Assembly (NCBI GenBank): GCA_048885925.1
Contig: JBHLLG010000002.1
Location: 77,569-141,568, forward strand
Direction: 5' to 3'
Origin: Candidatus Hermodarchaeota archaeon
Lineage (GTDB): Archaea; Asgardarchaeota; Lokiarchaeia; Sigyniarchaeales; SOKP01
Length of the DNA: 64,000 bases
A model generated the notes under the pieces. That model saw only the letters and a program-made list of their open reading frames with translations, had not been told where the DNA came from and ran no database searches. A program made the position numbers and the translations under genes. Positions 55,157 to 64,000 of this stretch are shown piece after piece. The stretch's first letter is position 1. Every line of letters begins with the position of its first letter.

Positions 55157-56413
55157 TTAAATTACCTCTCTTTTATTTGATTTTTTAAGATTTTTTTTTG
55201 TTATATTAGATAGTTCCATAAGCAACAATCCATGATAATATGAAATGCTGTCAAAAGAACTTTCCCCTAAATCTATTTTTTCAGCATGAACTAAAGCCAT
55301 CTGAGCGTTAAGGGATGCTCTCATTAAAAGTTCAATACCTTTATATATTAAATTAGGACTCCATGTTCCATTTTGGGGATTGGACCACCAAACAGGGCAT
55401 GAATAGATTCCGCGATCATAAAAGTATCTGGCTGTATTATAGTAATTCTCAATTTCCCAATCAATTGTTAAATCTAAAGTGTCTATTAAATTCATTAAAT
55501 TATTCAAGCTTTTCATTATTTTCCAATAATATTTATGAACATTATTATCTGGATGGTCCCAAAGAGGATATGGAATATTAGCTTTAAGATCTTCATAAGT
55601 GGTGCTCCAACTTGACTCTCTTGGAACAATTTTTTTCTTTGCAAATGGAAAATATAAACCTAAATCAGAAATAAATGTTATGTTAATTTTGTCAGTTTCA
55701 TTTATTAATTCAAGGGTTTTACCTAAGAAGGTTTTTTCGTAATTTTTAATATGATATCCAAATGTTTCACCATCTAAAGCAGTTATAACATAGGTAGGAT
55801 TACTCTTATCTTTATCTTTATGTAACGTTATAATATCTTTTACAAAATCTTTTGCTTTAATACTCTTAAAAGCAATTTTATTGCTTAAAATATCGTCTCT
55901 AAAGAATAATTGAAGTCCGTTAGGAGACATATAGATTTTATCATAAGGCCATTCAATTGGACATGCTATTCCACTCATAATTACCCATTTATATCCTAAT
56001 TGGCGAATATATTTAGCAACTCCACCAGATATCGCCAATTCTGGAGGAAAAAAACCCTTTCTTTCCCAACGACCAAATTCTCTTTTATTTAATTCTTCAT
56101 TCATTTGAATTTGATGCTGAGCTTCTTTTTTGGGAATTAGAGGAAGAATAGGATGAAATTTTGCGGTACCAACAATTTCAATTTTACTTTCAGAAACCAA
56201 ATTTTTCAATAACTCCATAGTATCAGATAATCCAAATTCATAAAATAATTCAATAAGAACACCACTAATATTTAAACAAAATTTAGTATTTTCATTATCC
56301 TCAAATAAGGAAAATAATGGTTTATAACAATCCTTATTAATATTTCTTAAAACATTTAGATCTTGAGTGGGAGGTTGGTATATGTGAAGTAAAGGAGCCC
56401 AATAAGTAGTCAA
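55157..56413 (-). CDS. Glycoside hydrolase family 57 protein
   Basis: LHIYQP, HPILPLI, FFPPE nucleophile, ALDGETFG acid/base, SSW; TTG start with GGTGA. Confidence 0.92.
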   Translation of the reverse strand: MTTYWAPLLHIYQPPTQDLNVLRNINKDCYKPLFSLFEDNENTKFCLNISGVLIELFYEFGLSDTMELLKNLVSESKIEIVGTAKFHPILPLIPKKEAQHQIQMNEELNKREFGRWERKGFFPPELAISGGVAKYIRQLGYKWVIMSGIACPIEWPYDKIYMSPNGLQLFFRDDILSNKIAFKSIKAKDFVKDIITLHKDKDKSNPTYVITALDGETFGYHIKNYEKTFLGKTLELINETDKINITFISDLGLYFPFAKKKIVPRESSWSTTYEDLKANIPYPLWDHPDNNVHKYYWKIMKSLNNLMNLIDTLDLTIDWEIENYYNTARYFYDRGIYSCPVWWSNPQNGTWSPNLIYKGIELLMRASLNAQMALVHAEKIDLGESSFDSISYYHGLLLMELSNITKKNLKKSNKREVI

Positions 56414-56528
56414 GCCATTTTCACCAGTTATTTATAATTTACTTTGTATCTTTTATTAATAGTGTTTAAAAAATAGAATTATAAGCTTTATTTAATTTCT
56501 ATGATATCATAATTATTTGATATTTATA

Positions 56529-56903
56529 ATGAAACCTAAAGTATATATAATTTCTACTAATAAAAATACAGAAAATGATCTTATAGATGCTTTAAAGGCA
56601 CGTTTTAAATTGAATTAGATCGCATAAAAGGATCTATTTTAGTAATTAAAGAATACGCTATTAGTGAATTGAAAGAATATTTTGAAGACCGTAGTGACCG
56701 TGAGCAAATTAATATTTCTTATATTGAATGGTCATTTTGCTATGACTGAATTTTTAAAACCCTTTCGCAAAGCAACAAAAATATCTTTTAGACAACTTTC
56801 TACAATGTTTCAGCTTAGTTTTCCTAAAATTTTGACTGGTATGATTGCTGCAAAATTGCACAAATCAAATTTTAAAAGCGTAATTGAATTTAAGTCTACC
56901 TAA
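56529..56903 (+). pseudogene. Possible decayed gene remnant
   Basis: ATG 56529 gives MKPKVYIIS..KARFK; protein-like sequence continues in the -1 frame (IELDRIKGSILVIKEY..WSFCYD*) and then meets several stops. Confidence 0.3.
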
Positions 56904-56945
56904 TAGTTTTTTATTAAGCTCAAAATATAGATAAAAGCTAACGTT

Positions 56946-58061
56946 TTATTTTTCTATTATAGTTTCTTTTATTGCTGTGCCGAAATGAGTAGCTCCTGGT
57001 CCAATATGAACTAACACTTCATCACCTATTCTTATATCGACCACTGATTTAGCGTTCCCATTAGTATCAACTAATCGATTTGTTTCAGCATTTTGACAAA
57101 TACAGCTAATTGGAATTATTTTACCTTCTTTCAATACTTCTAATTCAAATCTAAGCATAGGTCTAGTTTCAATTTTAATTCTTCCAATAGTAACAACTCT
57201 TGCTACACCTTTATTTGAAACAGCTAAAACTTTTTTACCTCCCTTCAATTCGCTTAAATAATTTGTTTTATATACTTTTTCGGGATCATCATCAGGGACT
57301 AATATATAGGAAGAAACATCACCAGCGTTAACACGAAATGGTCTAGACGCTACGAATTCTGTCTCTATCGTTTCAGAATGAATTAAACAGAATCCAGCTG
57401 CTGTTGACCCTACTAAAAGTCCCTCTCCTATATTAAAGAGTGATGTAGTATCAATACATACTCTTTCAGCCTCAGAAATATTCTCAATCTTTACTATTTT
57501 TGCTCTAGTAAGTTTAATTTGAAAAGCATTATGGATTAAGTTTTTAATCTCAAGAATATCATCTAACTTCTTAACTGTTATAAGTAAACCATCCACACCA
57601 ATTTCTAATATTTTTAACATTAATTCAGCTTCCTTTATTGTGTCAACTGCGGCAATTAGTTCTGTATCATATGAATGCATTTCAGCAATAAGATTCTCAA
57701 AAGGAATTATTCTCCAATCTTTAGCAGAAACAATTATAAAATCTATCAAATTTTTTTTCGAAAGTTTAATTATATCTCTCTCATCTTCTTTGCTTTTCAA
57801 ATCAATAAAAATTCCAGCACTTTTATAAGGAAATCTCTTGCTTATTGAATTTTCCTCTAATTCTTTTTTATTATCATAAACCAAATATTTGGAAGGAATC
57901 TTAAAGTCTCTTGAATAAAGAATTACTCTATCAATTTTTTCAAATTCCTTAAAAGTTTCTTGAGAAACTAAAAAATTTAAAAAATTTTTATTAAAAGCCT
58001 CCTGAACTAATTCCTTGAAATTGTTACTTTTAATTTCGAAGTTTAATATCACTTTTTTCAT
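56946..58061 (-). CDS. aroB': 3-dehydroquinate synthase II (archaeal)
   Basis: DWRIIPFENLIA, LEIGVDG, RVCIDT, GEGLLVGS, RPFRVNAG, KIETRP, QNAET, HFG..I.E.I.EK. Confidence 0.95.
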   Translation of the reverse strand: MKKVILNFEIKSNNFKELVQEAFNKNFLNFLVSQETFKEFEKIDRVILYSRDFKIPSKYLVYDNKKELEENSISKRFPYKSAGIFIDLKSKEDERDIIKLSKKNLIDFIIVSAKDWRIIPFENLIAEMHSYDTELIAAVDTIKEAELMLKILEIGVDGLLITVKKLDDILEIKNLIHNAFQIKLTRAKIVKIENISEAERVCIDTTSLFNIGEGLLVGSTAAGFCLIHSETIETEFVASRPFRVNAGDVSSYILVPDDDPEKVYKTNYLSELKGGKKVLAVSNKGVARVVTIGRIKIETRPMLRFELEVLKEGKIIPISCICQNAETNRLVDTNGNAKSVVDIRIGDEVLVHIGPGATHFGTAIKETIIEK

Positions 58062-58195
58062 ATTTATTGGTCTACAAAACTTTTTTGATGTGAATTATTT
58101 TATTATATTATATCAAATATTATTAAATTTTTAAGTTAGAAAAATCATATAATTCATAAATCAGACAATAATAAAATTATGGAGTTGAACCGGTT

Positions 58196-58846
58196 ATCGG
58201 GTTAAAGAAAAAGTTATTTCCAAGAAAAAGCAAGGAAAAAGACGACCTTGTGGCTCGGGCTAAAGGACATATCCATAAATTAAATTTGATGAATAAAAAT
58301 TACACTAAACGTGCTGAAATAAGCAGAAAAAATGCAAAAATAGCTTTGAAGCGTGGTGAAAAAGATCGTGCTAAGAATTATCTAATACAATATAAAGCTT
58401 ACCAAGCAAAAGTGGATCGGGCTACTAATATTAGAGGAAAAATCGAACGTCAAATTCAAGCAATAGAAGAAGGAATGCTTATTTCACAAACAGGGGATGT
58501 GATGGAAGGTATAAGAGATGAATTAGAATTTATCGCAACAAAAGCATCACCTGTAAAAGTAGCTGAAATAGCTGAGGATTCTGAGGCTTATGTAGCAGAA
58601 ATTGAAGAGGCAGCAGATATTTTAGCGGGAGATCCCGAAATTGATTTAGCAATTGATGTAACCGAGGAATTGAATCAACTGGAGACAGAAATGTTGCTTG
58701 ATCAAGGAGGAAAAATGCCTGAAATTCCTTCAGATGACCTTCAATACATCCCTGAGTACGATCTTGAAGAAGAAGAAGCTGAAGTTAGTTCAAAGGAAAA
58801 ATTAAAAGATGAAATTGAGAAATTAAGGAAAGAATTAGAAGGATAA
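58196..58846 (+). CDS. ESCRT-III (Snf7 family, Vps20/32/60-like) protein; probable ATC start
   Basis: Basic N-terminal helices (AKIALKRGEKDRAKNYL), EELNQLE, acidic C-terminus ending in a MIM1-like helix (EIEKLRKEL). In-frame extension xGLKKKLFPRKSKEKDDL follows SD GGAGTTGA. Confidence 0.85.
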   Translation: MGLKKKLFPRKSKEKDDLVARAKGHIHKLNLMNKNYTKRAEISRKNAKIALKRGEKDRAKNYLIQYKAYQAKVDRATNIRGKIERQIQAIEEGMLISQTGDVMEGIRDELEFIATKASPVKVAEIAEDSEAYVAEIEEAADILAGDPEIDLAIDVTEELNQLETEMLLDQGGKMPEIPSDDLQYIPEYDLEEEEAEVSSKEKLKDEIEKLRKELEG

Positions 58847-58910
58847 CTAGTTAATACAAATAATTTTTACTTTTTAACAACATTTATTATTATAATTATA
58901 AAAATAATAA

Positions 58911-59930
58911 CTACTTTAATTCTTTTAAAGCTAAAACCATATTTTTCACTTTTCTTATTGCGATTTCATAACCCTCTTTTTCTCCAAAAGCTTTCAAAGG
59001 ATAAAAACCACAGTCAGGTTTGATTATTAAGTTTTCTGAACCATACTTCTCTATCCCTTTTTTAATATAATTCTTAAGGAACTCAACATTTTCAACATAA
59101 TCCTCAATTTGTTTATCAGGAAGAGGTACAATTTTAGATTCAACAGTTCCCATTGCTAGAAGTTTATTAGTTGTTTGAAGATGGTTTTTTTCAAAAATCT
59201 TGAAATTTTGCTCATTTGTATAAAATTCATGATCCAAAATTTTCACATTTGTTTTCAAAAGAAGGTCACGTAAATTGGGGCTGATTGTTCCACAAACGTG
59301 AAGAGATGAAAGACTTTTTATTCCCGATATTGCTTTATTGATAGTATCAATAATGAAATCTTCTGTATGGAACAAAATTTTCTTTCCCACTAGTAATCCA
59401 AGAATTGGTTCATCACAAGAAATTATATCAATACCCATGTTATTATAAGCAGTACATAATTGCTTTAAAATTTCAGCAAATTTATCAACAATCCAGTCTA
59501 CCATAACAGCTCTTGGTTCATCGAAAATAATTGGCTTTAAACCTCTAGCAAGATCATTTTTTAATATTATCTCGAAAGTTAAAGTAAAAGGTCCAGTTAA
59601 ACATGCTTTTGTACCTTTAATTGATTCTCTAAGTCCTAAATGGTTATTAAAATAATTATTAATGAATTCACCATATTCGAGAGCGATCAGTTTTTTTGGT
59701 AATTTGAAATCTCCATGCAAATAAAATTTATTATCCAATTCTTCTAATTGAGCGGTCTCTTTTGATAAAGGGAATAAGAATTGATAATTCATATCAATTA
59801 ATTGAGGATAACACGGATAATCAATGCCAATCTGAATTAAATCGGTAAAAATCTTCTCCATATTATGCTTGGTATTATTTAAGGGCCAACTTCCAACAAC
59901 TGTTGTATATGGAGCATCCTGTTTATCCAT
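58911..59930 (-). CDS. Core cobalamin-independent methionine synthase (MetE-like)
   Basis: TTVVGSWP, LTGPFTL, DEP, HVCG and PDCG zinc ligands. Confidence 0.8.
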   Translation of the reverse strand: MDKQDAPYTTVVGSWPLNNTKHNMEKIFTDLIQIGIDYPCYPQLIDMNYQFLFPLSKETAQLEELDNKFYLHGDFKLPKKLIALEYGEFINNYFNNHLGLRESIKGTKACLTGPFTLTFEIILKNDLARGLKPIIFDEPRAVMVDWIVDKFAEILKQLCTAYNNMGIDIISCDEPILGLLVGKKILFHTEDFIIDTINKAISGIKSLSSLHVCGTISPNLRDLLLKTNVKILDHEFYTNEQNFKIFEKNHLQTTNKLLAMGTVESKIVPLPDKQIEDYVENVEFLKNYIKKGIEKYGSENLIIKPDCGFYPLKAFGEKEGYEIAIRKVKNMVLALKELK

Positions 59931-60010
59931 AAGAAATAGAAGAATAAAAGTAATTTAAATATAAGATTAATAAAATATGCAAATTCAGCATAAAATTCAA
60001 TTAAATTATT

Positions 60011-62026
60011 TTATGTATAAAAACGTTTTTTATCAAAGTTTCTGCTAATATTCCTTATTTCTTCAACTTCCTGCAAACTATTTTGCAAATCTTGAATTTT
60101 TTTATCAATTAAATAAATTTCTTTTTGCAGATTCTTAAAGGTTTTAAAATAATCAACTTCAGATATAATTCCTTGGTCAAATTTAGCATCAAGTTTTTTT
60201 AATGTTTCCTTTAGACTATATTTTTCCTTTTCTAGTTCAAGCATTTTTTGATGTTTTTCTTTATCAAGTTTGAATAACTTTCGCTTGTATCTATAAGATT
60301 TATTTGGAACCATATTCTGCGAATCAAACAAATCAGATAAATGATTTCTATTATAATCTTGTAACATTGCATCGTTATTATAGAAATATTCATTTTCATT
60401 ATGGTTAACATTATTTATAATATTAGCCTGGTTTGGATTGTTGGGATTTAAAAGATGATTTAAATCATTATTAGAATTAACTCTCTGAGGATTATAATTT
60501 TGAAAGCGATTTTGATTAAGTGCATTCTGTAGATAGAAATTGTTATTAAAATTAGGGGGTTGGAGATTTCCAACAAAATATGGAGATTGATTTTGAAATA
60601 GTTGGGGATAAGGAGCAGTATTTATTTTTTGATAAACATTTGGATTTACAGGAAAATTAATAATATTTGGATAAAGTTTAGGTTGTTCCTTAAACCAAAA
60701 TTGATCATTATTTTGTGAATTGGTAAATTGAGTTGGTGTACCAGATGCAAAATTATGAATTTGATTAGTATGTATATTAAAATGAGGATTAAAATCTTTA
60801 TTATATTTGTTTAAGTTATCAAAGCTCTTATTGTATTGACATTTTATACTAAAAAACGAGTTAATACTTTCTTCAATGAAATTAATCAATTCATTTAAGT
60901 CAATATCAATTTGTTGAAGGTTTTTTGCAGTTCTTTCATCATAAATCGTAGTTTCATCAAAAGATCTTGCTAAAAGAATGTATTCTATAACTCTTGGAAC
61001 TGCTTTTGGTGGGAAAGTAAACTCATATTTTCCATAAGTAAATTCTATATAAAGTTTTTTGAAAATCTTACCTTTTTCTCTTATTTTTGTTAAATCACGA
61101 ACGGGAGCTTTAAAGATTAATTCCTTCTTCTTTTTGATAACACCAAACTCATGAACAAAGGAAAGATCGTAATTAGTTATGAACAATATTCCTTTATCTT
61201 TCTTGAATTTTTCTTGAGTATTCAATCCATTGGTTAATTTAGCAAAAATAGCATAAACAGGTTTCTCACCATCAGCTAGTCTTAATAGTTTCTTGTATTC
61301 ATTAAAATAATGGCTTATTTTTGTAATAAACACAAGATTTTTTTCAAAGTTTTCAAAACTATCATTAAATGTTTGTGAATTGTCTTTTATAAATTCCTCA
61401 ATTGCAACGTAGCTCCTTAAGAGATTTTCAAAAATCCCTTCAATAATAGTTATGTTTGAATTTGGTTGAGTGTAAATATCAAAGAAATATTCTTTATTTT
61501 GATTTAATTGATGAAAATAAATATTCGTTTTTTCAAATAAAGTATTTTGTATATAGAGAAATAATTTAAAAAGAGCTAATAAATCTGATTCCATTTTAGG
61601 AAAATGATAATATTTTTTGGGGGGATTTCTTAATTCTTTAATTTTATTTCGATATAAATGCAAATTATCAAGAATTTCTTTTAAAGGATTTATAAATAAA
61701 CGTGTGTTTTTAATTAATTCCAAAAAATTCTTTTCAAGTTCTTCTTTTTTCTCGTAAATATTAACAATTTGATGTGAATCACATTTAGGACAAGATTTTA
61801 AGCGTTGATTTACTTTATTTATGCTTTCTTCTCCACAATCCTTACAAACTTTCTTATTTTCAGATTTTGAACTTTCAATATTTTTAGACTTACATTCCTG
61901 ACAAATATAAAAATCTACTTTTTTTTCATGAAGGCATTCAGAACAACAACTAGAGCCACACTCTTCACAATAATAAGCTAATTTAACATATCTATGGCAA
62001 AAACGACAAACTTGTTCTGCTGACAT
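60011..62026 (-). CDS. Multidomain protein: Cys-rich zinc fingers, coiled coil, PH-like domain, N/Q/P-rich region, C-terminal steadiness box (Vps23/Tsg101 core-like)
   Basis: Multiple N-terminal CxxC pairs; GILFITNYDLSF (PH/GRAM-like); C-terminal EKYSLKETLKKLDAKFDQGIISEVDYFKTFKNLQKEIY resembles the Vps23 core; two genes from ESCRT-III. Confidence 0.7.
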   Translation of the reverse strand: MSAEQVCRFCHRYVKLAYYCEECGSSCCSECLHEKKVDFYICQECKSKNIESSKSENKKVCKDCGEESINKVNQRLKSCPKCDSHQIVNIYEKKEELEKNFLELIKNTRLFINPLKEILDNLHLYRNKIKELRNPPKKYYHFPKMESDLLALFKLFLYIQNTLFEKTNIYFHQLNQNKEYFFDIYTQPNSNITIIEGIFENLLRSYVAIEEFIKDNSQTFNDSFENFEKNLVFITKISHYFNEYKKLLRLADGEKPVYAIFAKLTNGLNTQEKFKKDKGILFITNYDLSFVHEFGVIKKKKELIFKAPVRDLTKIREKGKIFKKLYIEFTYGKYEFTFPPKAVPRVIEYILLARSFDETTIYDERTAKNLQQIDIDLNELINFIEESINSFFSIKCQYNKSFDNLNKYNKDFNPHFNIHTNQIHNFASGTPTQFTNSQNNDQFWFKEQPKLYPNIINFPVNPNVYQKINTAPYPQLFQNQSPYFVGNLQPPNFNNNFYLQNALNQNRFQNYNPQRVNSNNDLNHLLNPNNPNQANIINNVNHNENEYFYNNDAMLQDYNRNHLSDLFDSQNMVPNKSYRYKRKLFKLDKEKHQKMLELEKEKYSLKETLKKLDAKFDQGIISEVDYFKTFKNLQKEIYLIDKKIQDLQNSLQEVEEIRNISRNFDKKRFYT

Positions 62027-62185
62027 TTTTAATGCTGAAACCCAACCAAATGAAGTAAAAATTACCTTTAAAATCCCTTTATCAGAAGAATAAGAAATAT
62101 CAAAACATAAAAAAAGCTATATTATTCTCGTATCATGTAATATTTGGATATGATTGAGAAGAAAAATAAGGACACTAAAATGGTA

Positions 62186-62479
62186 TTATTTAATTATTAT
62201 TACTTTCTTACCTAAAGCTTGACCTGGAACTCCCGCTTTTTTAAAGTGGGCTCTTACAGCACCATTATTTCCATGTGCTCGAGTTATTACACCTTTTAAC
62301 TCCTTCCCTGAAGGAGTGTTCCATAATAATGTTCTCCCAATAAGCATATTAGCATCTTTTCTTGTTGTTATATTTGGAAAAACAACAATACAGTGTTTTT
62401 GATGAACTGTATGACGACCACGTTTATAGTTTGAAATTATACCTTCCATTCCGAGTATGTCTAATTTGTTTAATGACAT
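62186..62479 (-). CDS. rpl35ae: 50S ribosomal protein L35Ae
   Basis: G.I.NYKRG, LIGR, G.ITRAHGNNGAVRAHF...PGQALG. Confidence 0.95.
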   Translation of the reverse strand: MSLNKLDILGMEGIISNYKRGRHTVHQKHCIVVFPNITTRKDANMLIGRTLLWNTPSGKELKGVITRAHGNNGAVRAHFKKAGVPGQALGKKVIIIK

Positions 62480-62620
62480 TGGGAGGACCACTTTTATAAT
62501 TACATCATTTTATTATTTGAAAAATATTTCAAAACTATTAAGTTTTTTTAATTAGTTTTACATATTTTTGAAATGTTTTATTAATTCATTTATTTATTCT
62601 TGAAAGGGTAAGAAAAAGAT

Positions 62621-63787
62621 TTATTTTAATATTTCATAAGAATTATTCCATGCCTGTAAATTAAGTATTTTTAATTTTTCCATAAATTCATCTTCAGAAA
62701 TATTATCTTCTTCAAATATCAAATCATTAACACCGGAAAGGATAGAATTTTCAGAATTTTTAAGTTCAACTTTTTTGTTTATAGGTTTAGAACTTGAATG
62801 CTTAAGCCAAAACCAATCACGATCAATGTTAGGATATGGAGTTGGGTTGTAATATTTTTGACCTTCGATAGGAAAGACATAAGGTTTATAAATGCTAATA
62901 CATGGAAGTGTAGTTCCTGTAAACCAATGTATTGCTTTCTTTCCTGGTCTTAAATGAGAGATTTGAGAACCTGTTGATTCAAAACCACCGTGCATACATA
63001 TTCCTGCTTGATGTTCTCTTAAGAATTCCATCATTAATTCTGGAGTTAATTGACCTATATTCTTATTCAATAACATAGTTGCTTTTCCTTCTCTTGAATA
63101 AGGTGAAGGTATAGAGGAAATGAAGGAATCAGAAAAAGTCACAGCAAAGTCAAAATCATCATCATCTTTACAATATCCTTTTTCAATAGCATATTGAATC
63201 ATTCCTTTCTTTCTCTGTTCCCCTTTACCCCTAATAGTAAGATTATTTGAAATAGATCTTACATTCTTTACTTTTTCAATGATCCACCATTTATCAGCAG
63301 TTTCTAATACATAAGCTTCTTTAGGATCTGCTATTATAAATGAATTATGGTATATCCAACTCGGATCATCATAAGCACAACCACCACCTTGCCCATATTT
63401 TTCTAATAAGTCAATAATAATCTTAATTGCTTCCTTTACATTTTTTCCTCTTTCAAGACCTAATCTTGCTAAATCCATTCCTAATAATCCAAAACTTCTT
63501 AATGGTTCATGAGTATATACAGCTTCGTTTCCAATTACTACACCATACTCATTAGCACCCATTTCTGTCCCCCACATCCACCATGGTTGACTTAAAATCA
63601 CTGCTGCAGTTTCATAAACTTGAGGAATCTCAATAAATGTGCATTTTACTAAAATCCCTTTTGAATATCTTTTATGTGGGGAATAGGTTATTAATTGAAC
63701 CTCATTATAAGGACGATCTGAGTTTTTACCGAAGATTACGCTCTCATCAATCGTTGAATTCCCCAAGGCTACAAGAGAGTCACACAT
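62621..63787 (-). CDS. Peptidase C69 (secernin/dipeptidase) Ntn hydrolase
   Basis: MCD nucleophile, FGKNSDR, WMWG.EMGANEYGV.IGNEAV, LLGMDL.RLGLER. Confidence 0.93.
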   Translation of the reverse strand: MCDSLVALGNSTIDESVIFGKNSDRPYNEVQLITYSPHKRYSKGILVKCTFIEIPQVYETAAVILSQPWWMWGTEMGANEYGVVIGNEAVYTHEPLRSFGLLGMDLARLGLERGKNVKEAIKIIIDLLEKYGQGGGCAYDDPSWIYHNSFIIADPKEAYVLETADKWWIIEKVKNVRSISNNLTIRGKGEQRKKGMIQYAIEKGYCKDDDDFDFAVTFSDSFISSIPSPYSREGKATMLLNKNIGQLTPELMMEFLREHQAGICMHGGFESTGSQISHLRPGKKAIHWFTGTTLPCISIYKPYVFPIEGQKYYNPTPYPNIDRDWFWLKHSSSKPINKKVELKNSENSILSGVNDLIFEEDNISEDEFMEKLKILNLQAWNNSYEILK

Positions 63788-63832
63788 AATCCTACTTTTT
63801 TAATAAATTGTTAAAATAAATATAGTTGAAAT

Positions 63833-64000
63833 TCATTCTTTTTTGAGGTAATTTAAAGCGGTTAAGGCATAAATTTTGGTTACTTTCATTACATCTTCTA
63901 TATAGACAAATTCATCTTGAGCGTGATAATTATTTTCTCCCCTAAGAGGTCCAATTAAAATAGTCTCTATACCTTTTTCTCTAAAAATTTGAGCATCAGT
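63833..64000 (-). CDS. M20/ArgE-DapE family metallopeptidase, 3' end only
   Basis: TDAQIFREKGIETILIGP....HAQDEFV.IED.....KIY; stop TGA at 63833-63835. Confidence 0.85.
   Translation of the reverse strand, partial: TDAQIFREKGIETILIGPLRGENNYHAQDEFVYIEDVMKVTKIYALTALNYLKKE

Noticed and set aside
56738-56749. TGC TAT GAC TGA (CxxU-like) in the 56529-56903 remnant
   Set aside because: The frame has no proper start without a frameshift, hits TAG 14 codons later, shows no thioredoxin-fold context and has no convincing SECIS downstream. The frameshift site is not a canonical slippery heptamer.

Overview
This is a very AT-rich archaeal chromosomal segment. Gene content points to an Asgard archaeon of the Lokiarchaeia (inference): three Ras-superfamily GTPases, ESCRT-III plus a steadiness-box protein, a roadblock protein, a Loki-CTERM surface protein and an archaeal histone. 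Most genes are housekeeping: EF-1alpha, aIF2alpha-Nop10, PCNA-PriL-PriS-GINS, RPA14, TFS, L44e-S27e, PyrB, RpoA1-A2-L30e-NusA-S12-S7, Pus10-L21e-RpoF-DUF655-KsgA-HemK, NurA, IlvC, AOR, AroB-II, MetE and L35Ae. No tRNA, rRNA, CRISPR array or transposase was seen. Signals the ORF track misses: (1) a 175-aa peroxiredoxin-like selenoprotein (39197-39724, -) with two in-frame UGA codons forming a UxxU motif and a eukaryote-type SECIS hairpin 2 nt after its stop; (2) at least four genes, including ribosomal protein L21e and ESCRT-III, whose conserved N-termini need non-canonical ATT/ATC/CTT-GTT starts placed behind Shine-Dalgarno motifs; (3) chained ATGA-coupled leader ORFs ahead of rpoA1, one copying its RBS and first five codons; (4) a wHTH + ATP-cone + degenerate class III RNR fusion; (5) a 2682-bp-offset duplication of acyltransferase genes with a gene-conversion-like tract and a repeated palindromic operator.
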